Source of the DNA: an uncultured Acidaminobacter sp.
GTDB lineage: Bacteria > Bacillota > Clostridia > Peptostreptococcales > Acidaminobacteraceae
Assembly (NCBI GenBank): GCA_963677505.2
Contig: CAXXWB010000045.1
Location: forward strand, 6,870-70,869
Length of the DNA stretch: 64,000 nt
Reading direction: 5' to 3'
Part shown: piece after piece, positions 46,273-56,715 of the stretch
How the letters are laid out: every line of letters begins with the position of its first letter
How positions within the stretch are numbered: position 1 is the stretch's first letter
Made by a program: the position numbers and the translations under genes
The notes under the pieces: model-generated
Database searches by the model: none
Told to the model about the DNA's origin: nothing
Seen by the model: only the letters and a program-made list of their open reading frames with translations

Positions 46273-46303
46273 AAAGACAGAGGGTTGACTCTGTCTTTCT
46301 TCT
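46273..46303 (+). terminator. Rho-independent terminator
   Basis: aaagacagag-ggttga-ctctgtcttt followed by a T-rich tail. Confidence 0.65.
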
Positions 46304-46321
46304 TACTTAGGAGGTGCTCTT

Positions 46322-47248
46322 ATGTCATTAGAATGGTTAGTTGAAGGGGAAATAGGTTATTTTAGAGGTCCCGCGACAGTAGGTTTAATAAAAGGAAAAA
46401 CAGGCTGGATTTTCATTGATTCAGGTGTGGATGCAGATGTACCCAAAAAGGTAATTAAGGCATTATTGGCAATCACAGGTGAGAAGAGCCTTTCTGTCAG
46501 CACGGTGATTAATACCCATGCCCATGCAGATCATACAGGGGGAAATGCCTATCTCCAGCGCAATTATAACGCTCAGGTAGTCGCCAGCTTAGGGGAGAAA
46601 CCCTATATTGAAAATCCTTTCATAGAACCTCACTATTTGTTCTCTGCAGAAGCGCCAAAAGCCCTTCATAACAAATTCTTTGAGGCTAAACCATCTTGTG
46701 TCAATCAAAGTATTTCTTTTAAATCAGAAGGTGGTCAGGACTTGCCTGTAGGTTCAAACGTGATTGAGACTATAGATGGTATTTCTTTAGACTTTGTTAG
46801 ACTGCCTGGACATGCCAAGGAAATGATGGGAGTTTTGACTGAGGAGGGTTATTTCTTCTGTGGCGATTTACTCTTTCCTAAAATCATATTAGAAAAACAT
46901 CCACTCCTTTTTCTTCACGACAACAAACTATTTTTAGAGTCCTTAGAATGGGCATCCCATCAAGCATTCAAAGGGGTTATTTTGACCCATGGCGCTTATT
47001 TCAAAGATCACTTGCCTACGGTCGAGGAGACCAGAGAATCTATACTTCATACGAAGAAGACTCTATTGTCCATAATCAACAGCCCAATGGATGAATGCCT
47101 AATTCATGCTCAAATGGCTCAGCATTATGGTCTAAGTGAATCCTTTGGCGATTGGCATTTGAACCATGGTGTTGTTAGAAGTTATTTAGCGGATGGTCTT
47201 GAAAGTGGTGTTCTGAAATGGGAAAATGGCCTATACATGCCTTTATAG
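46322..47248 (+). CDS. MBL-fold metallo-hydrolase
   Basis: 308 aa. NTHAHADHTGGN motif. Confidence 0.75.
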   Translation: MSLEWLVEGEIGYFRGPATVGLIKGKTGWIFIDSGVDADVPKKVIKALLAITGEKSLSVSTVINTHAHADHTGGNAYLQRNYNAQVVASLGEKPYIENPFIEPHYLFSAEAPKALHNKFFEAKPSCVNQSISFKSEGGQDLPVGSNVIETIDGISLDFVRLPGHAKEMMGVLTEEGYFFCGDLLFPKIILEKHPLLFLHDNKLFLESLEWASHQAFKGVILTHGAYFKDHLPTVEETRESILHTKKTLLSIINSPMDECLIHAQMAQHYGLSESFGDWHLNHGVVRSYLADGLESGVLKWENGLYMPL

Positions 47249-47293
47249 GGAAATGTATAGACCACTTTTATTTAGCTGAGTCGGAATCGTGTA

Positions 47294-48511
47294 TTAAACC
47301 AATAAGGCTTCTATATATTCAATGAGTTCATCGGTTTGTTCAGGGTCGCTTAAACTGCCCTGCACACTATGGGGAGCGCCGCCACCTTTAAGGCTAAATT
47401 TCTTTTGAGCCTCTGCAAAGAGGGTTTTACAATCAATAAGGGTCTGGGTTTTAGGCCGTGCCAAAATCAATTGGGTTTGGGTTTCATTTTTACTGAGAAG
47501 CAAGAGACCAACTTTATCTTGAACCTCAGTAAATTTTTGACTCAAACGCTTTAAATGGTCTAGTGAGCGCATTTCATATTGATAAATGTAGAGGGGTGTG
47601 AAGCTTCCCAGTTCCATGTCGTCTTCCATTTTTTCTAACCATCTATCAATTTCTAATTGGAGAAGTTCATCAGTTAAAGCTATGTTTTGACCTTTAATGT
47701 CATTTAACTGCTGTTCTTTTTTCTCTATTTGCTCTAGGACTTGGTCAAGAGGTGCACTGAGACGCTTAGTTAGCTGCTCTAAAATTCTAAATTGCTTTTG
47801 AATATAATCGATATAGCGCATGCCACAAACAAATTCTAAACGAGTGCCGCCTTTATAATTCTCATATTTGGTAATTTTAAGCCCCATAACCTCAGACGTG
47901 CTATTGGGGTGTGTACCGCCGCATGGAGAATGATCAAGACCTTCAATTACAACAACCCGAATACCTTCATCTACTTTAGGCTGTTTTCTAAGTGGCAATT
48001 CTTTTAACTCATCATCTGAAGGGTAAATGGCTTGAACTTTTAGACCCATGCTAATAGCTGTCATGACGGATTTTTCAATTTTCTCAATGTCCGCTAATTC
48101 CAATTTTTGATCAATATCAATGGTGGTGTATGTCTCGCTGAGGTGAAAACCAACGGTTTTTGCATCGTAGTCCCTAAAGAGTAGGGCAGACAAAATGTGC
48201 TGACCATTGTGCTGTTGAGTCATATCCATTCTGCGTTCCCAGTCTACGACACAGTTAAGATTTTCTCTTTCATTAGGCAAATGGTCCACATAGTGATAAA
48301 CTAAGTCATCTACCCACTGGACATCTGTCACTTTTGAATTTCCAATTGTGCCTTGATCCGCAGGTTGACCGCCGCCTTCAGGATAGAACGGACTCTTGTC
48401 TAAAATAAGTGCACTGCCCTTAGGGGTTTCTTTTATTTCAATAATGTTGGCAATAATGGCTGCTGGTACCTCTGAGCTTTGGTTCGGGTATAGTAATTCA
48501 GTCATAAACAA
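47294..48511 (-). CDS. Alanyl-tRNA editing protein (AlaX-L type)
   Basis: 405 aa. HxxxH (HNGQHILS) and CGGTH zinc/editing motifs; C-terminal DHHA1-like GGGAPH. Confidence 0.75.
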   Translation of the reverse strand: MFMTELLYPNQSSEVPAAIIANIIEIKETPKGSALILDKSPFYPEGGGQPADQGTIGNSKVTDVQWVDDLVYHYVDHLPNERENLNCVVDWERRMDMTQQHNGQHILSALLFRDYDAKTVGFHLSETYTTIDIDQKLELADIEKIEKSVMTAISMGLKVQAIYPSDDELKELPLRKQPKVDEGIRVVVIEGLDHSPCGGTHPNSTSEVMGLKITKYENYKGGTRLEFVCGMRYIDYIQKQFRILEQLTKRLSAPLDQVLEQIEKKEQQLNDIKGQNIALTDELLQLEIDRWLEKMEDDMELGSFTPLYIYQYEMRSLDHLKRLSQKFTEVQDKVGLLLLSKNETQTQLILARPKTQTLIDCKTLFAEAQKKFSLKGGGAPHSVQGSLSDPEQTDELIEYIEALLV

Positions 48512-48658
48512 TCTCCTTTTGTGAAGTTTCTATACTTTGGTATACCATAGCTTTCTTGTAATATCAAGCTTTACAACGATTTTATTTGAAAGACTATAGG
48601 TTTATCCCAATAATAATGATAAAATATATCATGCAAAATCTATCAACGAGGTGAAAAT

Positions 48659-49564
48659 ATGGAACGCTGGTTAAATATTCAAGAAAATCTTAACGAAATC
48701 CTTTTTGAGGTCATGCAGATTGAAAATGAGGCTTTTGTAGAAGAAGCAAAAAATGTCTATGAGTTGGGTATTAAAAATACCGTTGAAGGGCTTTTCTTTA
48801 CTCAATATCTCTCATTCCACTACCCTGACGAAAATGGCAAAACCTTATTTAGCCGTTATATAGAAAAACATCCTGACAGCTCTTTGAGCTTGGTCACCAG
48901 CCTGCGTTTTAGTGTTTACGAAGTAAAGAAATATCCTGCAGGGATGGGATTAAAGGATTTATACACCAAGCAAGACTTTTTGGTAAAAGGGGAAGAAGAG
49001 CTTTCTGAAGGGGATATTATTGTAGCAACCTTGGTCAGTATCGGTCCCGATCATTTTATCAATGAAGACTTCATGCTGTTCCCAAGTCAATACAAAGATC
49101 CTTTTGTGAAGGGGATTATGGAGAAATATAACGAGCTATGTCGTTCAAAAGGCGCGATGGACTTAGAACATTTTGTTAAAACGAACCCTCTTATCATTAT
49201 GAAATTTGTTGAAATAATCAACAATGTTGAGCAAGATGCCTATGAAGCACAAGAAGATTATTTAGTTTATCAAACGGTATTCCTTGTAGGGGATATGGCA
49301 TTGGCGAAAGCAAAAATAAAAGAAGATCCTGATTTTGAGATTACCCTAGATGAATCAGGTTTTTTAGTGACAAGACTCTTTATGGACAAAGGTACAGAGG
49401 ATGAAAATCTAATTGCTGAAATTGTTATAGACGGCAATCGTATTGAAATTGAAGCCCTTGACGAATTCAGACAAAATATGGCTAAAGCAAAAGTCGAAAG
49501 TCTTTTACAAGATTTAGCTGTCCATTTCAAGGACGAAGTGGTTTCAATGGATGATTTATTCTAA
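48659..49564 (+). CDS. Hypothetical protein (301 aa)
   Basis: ORF with GAGGTGA RBS. No motif recognised. Confidence 0.65.
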   Translation: MERWLNIQENLNEILFEVMQIENEAFVEEAKNVYELGIKNTVEGLFFTQYLSFHYPDENGKTLFSRYIEKHPDSSLSLVTSLRFSVYEVKKYPAGMGLKDLYTKQDFLVKGEEELSEGDIIVATLVSIGPDHFINEDFMLFPSQYKDPFVKGIMEKYNELCRSKGAMDLEHFVKTNPLIIMKFVEIINNVEQDAYEAQEDYLVYQTVFLVGDMALAKAKIKEDPDFEITLDESGFLVTRLFMDKGTEDENLIAEIVIDGNRIEIEALDEFRQNMAKAKVESLLQDLAVHFKDEVVSMDDLF

Positions 49565-49603
49565 TCCTTAGATTAAATAAAGACCTTCAAAGGATGTGTA
49601 GGC

Positions 49604-51592
49604 ATGAGTGTGGCAGAACGGCTGAGATTTGATAAAACCCTTGATACAGCGAAAAGAATCGAAACAGGCAGTTATTATACACCACCAGAGTTGGCTGAGT
49701 TTATGATCTGTCTGTCTCTGAGTACCCTTCTAGCTAAAAGGTTTCCAATTCTGGACTTTTCTGACTATATGAAATTGTTCATGCCACAGTCATCTTTATC
49801 TGCTTCAAAGGAAAATCAAACCTTTGAACCAACCTTAGAAAAGCAGCAAAGTGAGGGAATTGGAAAGATTCTAAAAACGCTTAAAGTGCTGGACTTATGC
49901 GTTGGCAGCGGTGTATTTCCGCTAGCCTATCTTCAGGTGATGGCGCATTTCTTTCTTCAAGAAGGTCTGGAAACTCAAGAAAGTTTTAAAGCTTTGGCAA
50001 ATCAGTTAGCTGATGGCATTTATGCAGTGGACATACAAGCAGAACCCTTAACACTCTATGAAAACGAATTAAAGACCCTATATGAGGCTAAACCAAGTCA
50101 CATTAAGACATTTTGCTTAGATGCTTTGTCAGACGATGCACTTCTGAAAGCGCCTCAGCTGAAAACACAAATGGACAAAGGTTTTGATTTGGTGCTAGGG
50201 AATCCCCCCTATTTAGGTGAAAAGCATCACAAAGAAATTTTCCAAGCCTTGCGCGGTACGGATTTTGGTGCCAAATATTATGAAGGCAAAATGGATTATT
50301 TCTATTTCTTTATTTATCGGGGATTTGAGGCATTAAAGGCTGACGGACAGCTCTGTATGATTACCACCAATTATTTTGCAACAGCTGATGGCGGAAAGCT
50401 TTTAAGAAAATACTTTAAAGAGAATACCCACTGGGATGGAATTGTCAATTTCAATGATTGTGCCTTATTTAAAGATGCTTTGGGTCAGCACAACATGATT
50501 TTTGTCCTGTCAAAGCCCAGTGACGTAGGTTCTAGTCACCTTTGTTACCCAAAGGGTAAAGACGTGACTTTAAAGGCCTTGTATCAGACATTAATTGTTA
50601 AAAATTCAACAGATCAATGGGATTATGAAGTTATTCAACCTGAACGGCTTTTTGATCATCAGGGCATGTTGAATATCCTCCCAAGTCAAGCTTATCAAAG
50701 TGTTTTGGACAAACTTCAATTTGATGAAACCAGACCTAGAACCACTCTGGGAGAGTTATTTCACGTACAACAGGGTATAGTCAGTGGTTATGACAGAAAC
50801 TTTAAAGAGGACAAAGGCGTCTTTGTCTTATCCAACTCCGAAGTGGAACTTCATCCGGAATTGGAATTCCATCTGAAGCCTTTTTATAAAAACAGTCAGG
50901 TGAGAAAGTATAGAGTTACTAAACCAACCCAGTATCAGATCTTATATGTGGCCGAAAAAATTGATTTATCCCTTGAGTCTTCAAAATCCCTTATTGACCA
51001 CTTGCAGCCCCATTTTGAGCGTTTGTCTCTTAGAAGGGAAGTTGTCAAAGGCATTCGACCCTGGTATGCTCTGCAGTGGCCAAGAGAACCTTGGCGATTT
51101 ACAGGGCCTTTAATTGCAGCACCACAAAGGGCCTATGTCAATGTCTTTGCTTATGAAGAAAATGACCTATATGGTAGTGCAGACCTTTATTATATTTCTG
51201 ATAGAGAGTCTGACCGTTATACCAAAGACAGAACTTTATTTATGACGGCATATTTGAATTCTCCAATTATTTACTATTGGCTGGCCCTTAAAGGAAAGCG
51301 AAAGGGTTCCATGCTTGAACTATATGCCACGCCATTAAAAGCCATACCAGTACTTAACTACAATTCTGATGATTCTAGTCATCAAGCAGTCGTTGAGCTC
51401 ACTCAATCAGTCTTGTCGGCACTGAATGAGGGTGTTCATTATGAGGTTATTATCAAGGAAAGACTGCCTAAAATCCATCAAATTATTTACAAAGGATTGG
51501 GACTCACAGAAACTGAAATTGAAACAGTTGAGGCTTATTATCAGTCCATGGGCGCAATAGAAGTTGAACCTAACTATTGGTATACAAAATAG
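49604..51592 (+). CDS. N6-adenine DNA methyltransferase, Eco57I/TaqI-like (gamma class)
   Basis: 662 aa. GSYYTPPELAEFM; FxGxG-like DLCVGSGVF; catalytic LVLGNPPYLG. The long C-terminal region is consistent with a target-recognition domain. Confidence 0.75.
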   Translation: MSVAERLRFDKTLDTAKRIETGSYYTPPELAEFMICLSLSTLLAKRFPILDFSDYMKLFMPQSSLSASKENQTFEPTLEKQQSEGIGKILKTLKVLDLCVGSGVFPLAYLQVMAHFFLQEGLETQESFKALANQLADGIYAVDIQAEPLTLYENELKTLYEAKPSHIKTFCLDALSDDALLKAPQLKTQMDKGFDLVLGNPPYLGEKHHKEIFQALRGTDFGAKYYEGKMDYFYFFIYRGFEALKADGQLCMITTNYFATADGGKLLRKYFKENTHWDGIVNFNDCALFKDALGQHNMIFVLSKPSDVGSSHLCYPKGKDVTLKALYQTLIVKNSTDQWDYEVIQPERLFDHQGMLNILPSQAYQSVLDKLQFDETRPRTTLGELFHVQQGIVSGYDRNFKEDKGVFVLSNSEVELHPELEFHLKPFYKNSQVRKYRVTKPTQYQILYVAEKIDLSLESSKSLIDHLQPHFERLSLRREVVKGIRPWYALQWPREPWRFTGPLIAAPQRAYVNVFAYEENDLYGSADLYYISDRESDRYTKDRTLFMTAYLNSPIIYYWLALKGKRKGSMLELYATPLKAIPVLNYNSDDSSHQAVVELTQSVLSALNEGVHYEVIIKERLPKIHQIIYKGLGLTETEIETVEAYYQSMGAIEVEPNYWYTK

Positions 51593-51695
51593 CGTATGTG
51601 TCTATTATACCGATACAATTTGAATCCATTCTTGTTTATATAGATACAATTAGGTGCTATAATCTAATTGACTAAGTATGAAAAGAGGGACAATA

Positions 51696-52235
51696 ATGAA
51701 AATTTCAACGAGAACAATGGCAATTGGCGGTATTTTTGCTGCATTGGTAACACTAGGGACCATGATTATAAGAATTCCGACACCTATTCCAGCCAATGGG
51801 TATATACATATTGGTGATAGTTTGGTGTATCTTTCAGGTATATTGCTCGGCCCTTTACTGGGAGGTATTGTCAGTGCAATTGGTTCAGGAATTGCAGACC
51901 TTTTCGGTTACGCTGTTTATGCACCTGGAACTACCTTAATAAAATTCTTTGATGCTTTTATGACAGCTACAGTTTTTATCATGGTTCAAAAACGTTTTAA
52001 AGGTTTTTCAGGCACGATTATTGGCTATATTGCTGGCGTAGTAGTAGGTGGTGCCATTATGGTTGGCGGTTATTACCTCTACGAGACGGTTATTTTTGGA
52101 TCAGCAACAGCCATTGTATCGGTTATTCCCAACATTGCACAAGCTGTGGGTGGCGCAGTCATTGGTCTGCCACTATTAATTGCCCTAGGAAAGACTAAAT
52201 ACTTTACAAGATTGAACGGAACATTAAATTCATAA
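51696..52235 (+). CDS. ECF-transporter S-component-like membrane protein
   Basis: About 179 aa from ATG 51696 after AGAGGGA. Six hydrophobic helices. Substrate unknown. Confidence 0.5.
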   Translation: MKISTRTMAIGGIFAALVTLGTMIIRIPTPIPANGYIHIGDSLVYLSGILLGPLLGGIVSAIGSGIADLFGYAVYAPGTTLIKFFDAFMTATVFIMVQKRFKGFSGTIIGYIAGVVVGGAIMVGGYYLYETVIFGSATAIVSVIPNIAQAVGGAVIGLPLLIALGKTKYFTRLNGTLNS

Positions 52236-52267
52236 AAATGTTAAATGGCCGACAGTCAGGAGACTAT

Positions 52268-53137
52268 ATGAAGTGGATAGAAAGAAATGAAACATGTTGG
52301 TGCGGTAGTAATTTAAAAGCGAAAAAATGCAATTGCGGCATTTCAGAAGCTTTGGATGGGTACTCAAAAAAAGGTTACAAAATTCCAAAACGCAGTCTAA
52401 TTAAGGACGAGAAGACCATTGAAGGCATGAGAGCCAGTGGTAAAATCACGACTAAAATTTTAGACGAAGTGGCAACACTTATTAAACCAGGCACAACAAC
52501 TGAAGAAATTAATACCTTTGTTCATAATCGCACCCTAGAAATGGGTGGCATTCCAGCGCCACTCAACTATAACGGTTTTCCAAAGAGCACCTGTACTTCT
52601 ATTAACGAAGTCATTTGCCATGGCATTCCTAGCCCTGATCGTGTCCTCAAAGAAGGAGATATTATCAATGTGGATGTGACCACCATTTTAGATGGTTGTT
52701 ACAGCGATGCAAGCCGTATGTATGCCGTTGGAGAAATTAGCGAAAATGCAAAGAGACTGATAGAAGTTGCCAAAGAGTCTTTAGACATTGGCAGATCTGT
52801 GGTTAAACCTTTAGCCACCACTAACGATATAGGTGCTGCAATTGAACAGTATGCCGATTTAAACGGTTACGCTGTCGTCGAAGACTTTGGCGGTCATGGT
52901 GTAGGGCTACAATTCCATGAAGATCCTTTTGTTTTCCATTTTGACACGGGAGAACCTGGCATGGTCCTTTTACCTGGCATGACCTTTACTATTGAGCCAA
53001 TGCTTAACGAGGGCACTTACGAGTGCAATATCCTCTCAGATCATTGGACGGCGGTTACTGCTGATGGTATGTTGTCGGCTCAGTGGGAGTATACCTTACT
53101 TGTTACTAAAGATGGTACCGAAGTTATTGCTTATTAG
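52268..53137 (+). CDS. map: Type I methionine aminopeptidase with N-terminal SEC-C zinc motif
   Basis: ATG 52268 after CAGGAG. CWCGSNLKAKKCNCG, then the Map core ..VICHGIP..DVT..DASRMY..GHGVG..EPM..WEYT. Confidence 0.85.
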   Translation: MKWIERNETCWCGSNLKAKKCNCGISEALDGYSKKGYKIPKRSLIKDEKTIEGMRASGKITTKILDEVATLIKPGTTTEEINTFVHNRTLEMGGIPAPLNYNGFPKSTCTSINEVICHGIPSPDRVLKEGDIINVDVTTILDGCYSDASRMYAVGEISENAKRLIEVAKESLDIGRSVVKPLATTNDIGAAIEQYADLNGYAVVEDFGGHGVGLQFHEDPFVFHFDTGEPGMVLLPGMTFTIEPMLNEGTYECNILSDHWTAVTADGMLSAQWEYTLLVTKDGTEVIAY

Positions 53138-53241
53138 TTAAATAGGCCTGAAAAGTCATTAAACTAACTTAAAAATAGAAATATTTTACAAAATAATCGC
53201 AGAAAGTCTTGTTTTCTTATTATCCATATATTACCATATAA

Positions 53242-55644
53242 GTGGTGATGATAATGAGAAGACCTTCTGTGATTTTTTTATTGGCAATAATTTTAGGTAT
53301 CAAACTGGCAGATACTAGTATTTACAGTACATCTGTATTATTGCTAGTGCTATTTTTGCTGACCAGTAGTTTTGTGTTAAAATATCAGCCTAAAAAATGG
53401 CTCTACCTGTTCCTAGGGATTGCTATAGCTTTTACCCATACAACTTATTTAAAAAATAATTTACAAAATCAAAGTAGGTCTATGTCAGAAAATGCCACTG
53501 AAAAAGGGCTAGTTCAAGTGAGTGGTATTTTATATCAAAAGAATTATCTCGATCAAAAGCAGAGTTGGATCCAACTAGATACAGGGGGAAAGTGCAAGCT
53601 ACAGTTTAGCAGTTATAAGACTTTTCCTAAGTTAGATTCGGGTGTAAAGGTTCTTTTGAGTGGAAAATTTACCAAAGCCAGTCCTGCAAGAAACCCCAAT
53701 GGATTTGACGAGAAAAAATGGCTCTACAGTAAAAAAGCTTTTGGAACGATTGCCGTGGAAAAAATAGAGGTCATTAAAGGGACGGGTGACCCCATTGAAA
53801 GCCTAAGGTATAAACTTATTAAGCCTGTGGTTGAAAGTTTGTTGTATCACACCGCGCTAAAACAAGGTCCTCTCGCAGCAGGCATGCTCTTTGGAGAAGA
53901 TGGATGGATTGAGGCCGATGTCTTAGATGCTTTTTCCACAGCTGGGGTGAATCACATTTTAAGTGTGTCAGGTGCTCATTTTGCAGTCCTTTTGTTTTGG
54001 ATTTACTATTTGCTTGACTTTAAAGAATGCTCATTTTGGTTAAAAAAAGTCACAGCATGGTCTATTTTAGGCATTTTCATATGGCTTATTGGAATGGATG
54101 TGGCTGCTTTAAGAGCTTATGTGATGTTTGTTCTTCTCGATGTTATGCGTATACAGTATAAGCAATCTGATGGCTTAAATGCCCTTAGCCTCACCATCGT
54201 TATCATGTTGATAATGAATCCTTATTCTGCTAGCGATATTGGTCTTCAATTGGCAGCTTCAGCTATGTACGCCATTGTTGTCATAGCCCCATTTACAGGT
54301 GCCTTAGGATTTCAAAAAATCCAAAGGTTACTGAAAACTGAAGAGATTGACCCACCTGTTAAAAAGTGGCTCTTTAAACAGTTGAGTGCTGTGGTTCAGG
54401 CGGTCAATGTTTCTCTTAGCGTTACCATTGTGCTGTATCCCATACTTAGAAATCAATTCAATCAATTTAGCTTTTTAAGCATTTTATACAATATTCCGGT
54501 TTCTCTTATCAGCGCCATTAGTCTACCCGCCAGTGTCCTGTGTTGTATCTTGTCTCCAATTCAATTTTTGGCACGGGGTGCTGGGCTGATCAATGGTTTG
54601 CTTTTAAAAAGCATGAGCCTAATCGTTCAAACCAGTGAGAACTTGCCACATCAAAATCATTTGCCAAGTTTAAGCAGTCTTCAGACCTTTATTTTCTATG
54701 GTATTTTGCTGATGCCAATGTATTTTAAAACCTTTGAGAATGGTATTCTCGCCCTTAAAGTCGAAAAGACAGCAATGGCTATTAAAAAGTATATAGGGAT
54801 GGGGAGCCTAGCCATTCTTCTGCTGACGATTAATCTTTTACCGACCATGTCTTTTTCAAATCAGCTAAGGATTTATTATTTGGATGTGGGGCAGGGCGAT
54901 GGTTCTGTTATAATTACCCCTGACAAAAAGGTAATTTTAATGGATACGGGTCTAAAAAAGGGGTCATTAAAAGTAGGGGACTCTTTGCTCAAACTTGGCA
55001 TTGACCACATCGATTTAATGATTTTAACCCACCCTCACGACGACCATATTGGGGGCGCACCTGACATACTCAGTATGATGCCCGTCAAAGAACTTGCGGT
55101 TTTTAAGGGACATTATAGCCCAGAAGAAACAGCTGCTCTAAACGTTATCCTTCAATTGGCTCAAAGTCATCGTACAAAAATCCTCTATTGGGGAAAAGGG
55201 GTGACAGACGACCTGAGTTCAAAAGAGGGCAATCTAAATATAAGGGTTCTACACCCTCCTGAAGGTTTTGATTCTGATAATGCCAACGACGAAAGTTTGG
55301 TATGCGAAATAATTTACCAAAAGACCTCTTTTTTATTCACTGGTGACATTTCCACCTCAGTTGAATGTGATATAATAAATCAGGTTAAAGGTAATGCTTT
55401 GGTTCTAAAAGTCCCTCATCACGGCTCTGGAAGCAGTTCAGGCGATGAACTGTTATCACTTCCAATTCAGTTGGCAGTGATACAGGTAGGTCAAAATAAT
55501 CGATATGGCCACCCTAACGATAAGGCCCTTTCCAGAATAAAAATGGAGGCCATTCCCATATTTAGAACCGATAAGCAGGGGTGTATTTCTATTAGCACCG
55601 ATGGCGAGCAACTGATTTATAAGTCTCAAATTCAAGAGGAGTAA
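53242..55644 (+). CDS. comEC: DNA internalization competence protein ComEC/Rec2 (with C-terminal MBL domain)
   Basis: 800 aa; the start may be ATG 53254. Competence domain ..FSTAGVNHILSVSGAHF..; MBL motif THPHDDHIGG. Confidence 0.85.
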   Translation: MVMIMRRPSVIFLLAIILGIKLADTSIYSTSVLLLVLFLLTSSFVLKYQPKKWLYLFLGIAIAFTHTTYLKNNLQNQSRSMSENATEKGLVQVSGILYQKNYLDQKQSWIQLDTGGKCKLQFSSYKTFPKLDSGVKVLLSGKFTKASPARNPNGFDEKKWLYSKKAFGTIAVEKIEVIKGTGDPIESLRYKLIKPVVESLLYHTALKQGPLAAGMLFGEDGWIEADVLDAFSTAGVNHILSVSGAHFAVLLFWIYYLLDFKECSFWLKKVTAWSILGIFIWLIGMDVAALRAYVMFVLLDVMRIQYKQSDGLNALSLTIVIMLIMNPYSASDIGLQLAASAMYAIVVIAPFTGALGFQKIQRLLKTEEIDPPVKKWLFKQLSAVVQAVNVSLSVTIVLYPILRNQFNQFSFLSILYNIPVSLISAISLPASVLCCILSPIQFLARGAGLINGLLLKSMSLIVQTSENLPHQNHLPSLSSLQTFIFYGILLMPMYFKTFENGILALKVEKTAMAIKKYIGMGSLAILLLTINLLPTMSFSNQLRIYYLDVGQGDGSVIITPDKKVILMDTGLKKGSLKVGDSLLKLGIDHIDLMILTHPHDDHIGGAPDILSMMPVKELAVFKGHYSPEETAALNVILQLAQSHRTKILYWGKGVTDDLSSKEGNLNIRVLHPPEGFDSDNANDESLVCEIIYQKTSFLFTGDISTSVECDIINQVKGNALVLKVPHHGSGSSSGDELLSLPIQLAVIQVGQNNRYGHPNDKALSRIKMEAIPIFRTDKQGCISISTDGEQLIYKSQIQEE

Positions 55645-55646
55645 AC

Positions 55647-56699
55647 ATGCCCTACAACAAATTATCAAAAGAAATTAACAGTGGCAACATTAGGCCCGTT
55701 TACTGTTTTTACGGAACTGAACCTTACTTAATGGATCAATTGGTAAAACAGCTGAGAGAGGTCATTGTGCCTCCTGATTATAGCGATTTCAACGAGCAAT
55801 ATTTAGATGGCAGCAAGCTCAGTACCGATGAAGCTATTAATGCTTTTGAAACACTGCCATTTTTTTCAGATAAGCGATTGGTAATTCTTCGCCAGGTCTC
55901 ATGGTTAGGGACCACTAAAAATGCACTGAGCGAAGAGGGTGAAGCTCAGTTAATGAACTATTTCGAGAACCCTTCGCCCAGTTCGGTAGTCGTTCTTTTG
56001 TGTGATGGGGTAGACAAGCGCAAAAAAATTGGAAAAATGCTTCAAAAACAGAATGCTCTGTTTGAGTTTTCTAAATTAAATGAAACCGATTTGAAAAGTA
56101 TAATAAATGAACGCATGCTGTCTCATCAATGTACCATCAGCCCTGAGAACCTTTCCTATTGCATATTCTTGTTAGGCTACCTTGAAAAAGATGCTGACAG
56201 AGATCTATATGATGTTTTGGGACAAGTAGACCGAATCGCGTCTGCGTCAAATGGTGAAATTACTAAGGTGCTTTTAGACCGAATGTTAGAGAAACCACTG
56301 GATACCAATATTTTTGCCTTTATGGACGCAGTTTCTGAAGGAAAAACCATGGACGCTATTCGCATAAAGGATCAATTGCTGACAGAGGACTACAACGAAA
56401 TACAAATCAATTCTATGCTTTACAAACACTTTAGGAATCTTTATAAAACCGTATTGTGGTTAGATGCAGGGTATAACCCAACGGTAATTGCTGAGAAAAT
56501 CGGTGTCCATCCTTTTTCTGCTAAAAAATATGCAGGGCAGTGTCGCCGCTTTTCAGAAAGCTATTTAAAACAAGTCATTATCGACTTAGCAGATTTAGAT
56601 CACGGTATGAAGACTGGAAAAATTAGCTTCGAGCAAGCTTTGGATTTAATGACCGTTTGCCTGTCTCAAAAAGTAAGGATTCCTTTGAACAACCTGTAA
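55647..56699 (+). CDS. holA: DNA polymerase III delta subunit
   Basis: 350 aa immediately after comEC, the conserved comEC-holA order. N-terminal ..IRPVYCFYGTEPYLMD. Confidence 0.75.
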   Translation: MPYNKLSKEINSGNIRPVYCFYGTEPYLMDQLVKQLREVIVPPDYSDFNEQYLDGSKLSTDEAINAFETLPFFSDKRLVILRQVSWLGTTKNALSEEGEAQLMNYFENPSPSSVVVLLCDGVDKRKKIGKMLQKQNALFEFSKLNETDLKSIINERMLSHQCTISPENLSYCIFLLGYLEKDADRDLYDVLGQVDRIASASNGEITKVLLDRMLEKPLDTNIFAFMDAVSEGKTMDAIRIKDQLLTEDYNEIQINSMLYKHFRNLYKTVLWLDAGYNPTVIAEKIGVHPFSAKKYAGQCRRFSESYLKQVIIDLADLDHGMKTGKISFEQALDLMTVCLSQKVRIPLNNL

Positions 56700-56715
56700 T
56701 AGTAAGGAGCGCAAC

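Noticed and set aside
51593-51695. Possible riboswitch upstream of the ECF S-component gene.
   Set aside because: The leader after the putative -10 (TATAAT at about 51655) is too short and AT-rich for any riboswitch class I know, and no conserved helices were seen.
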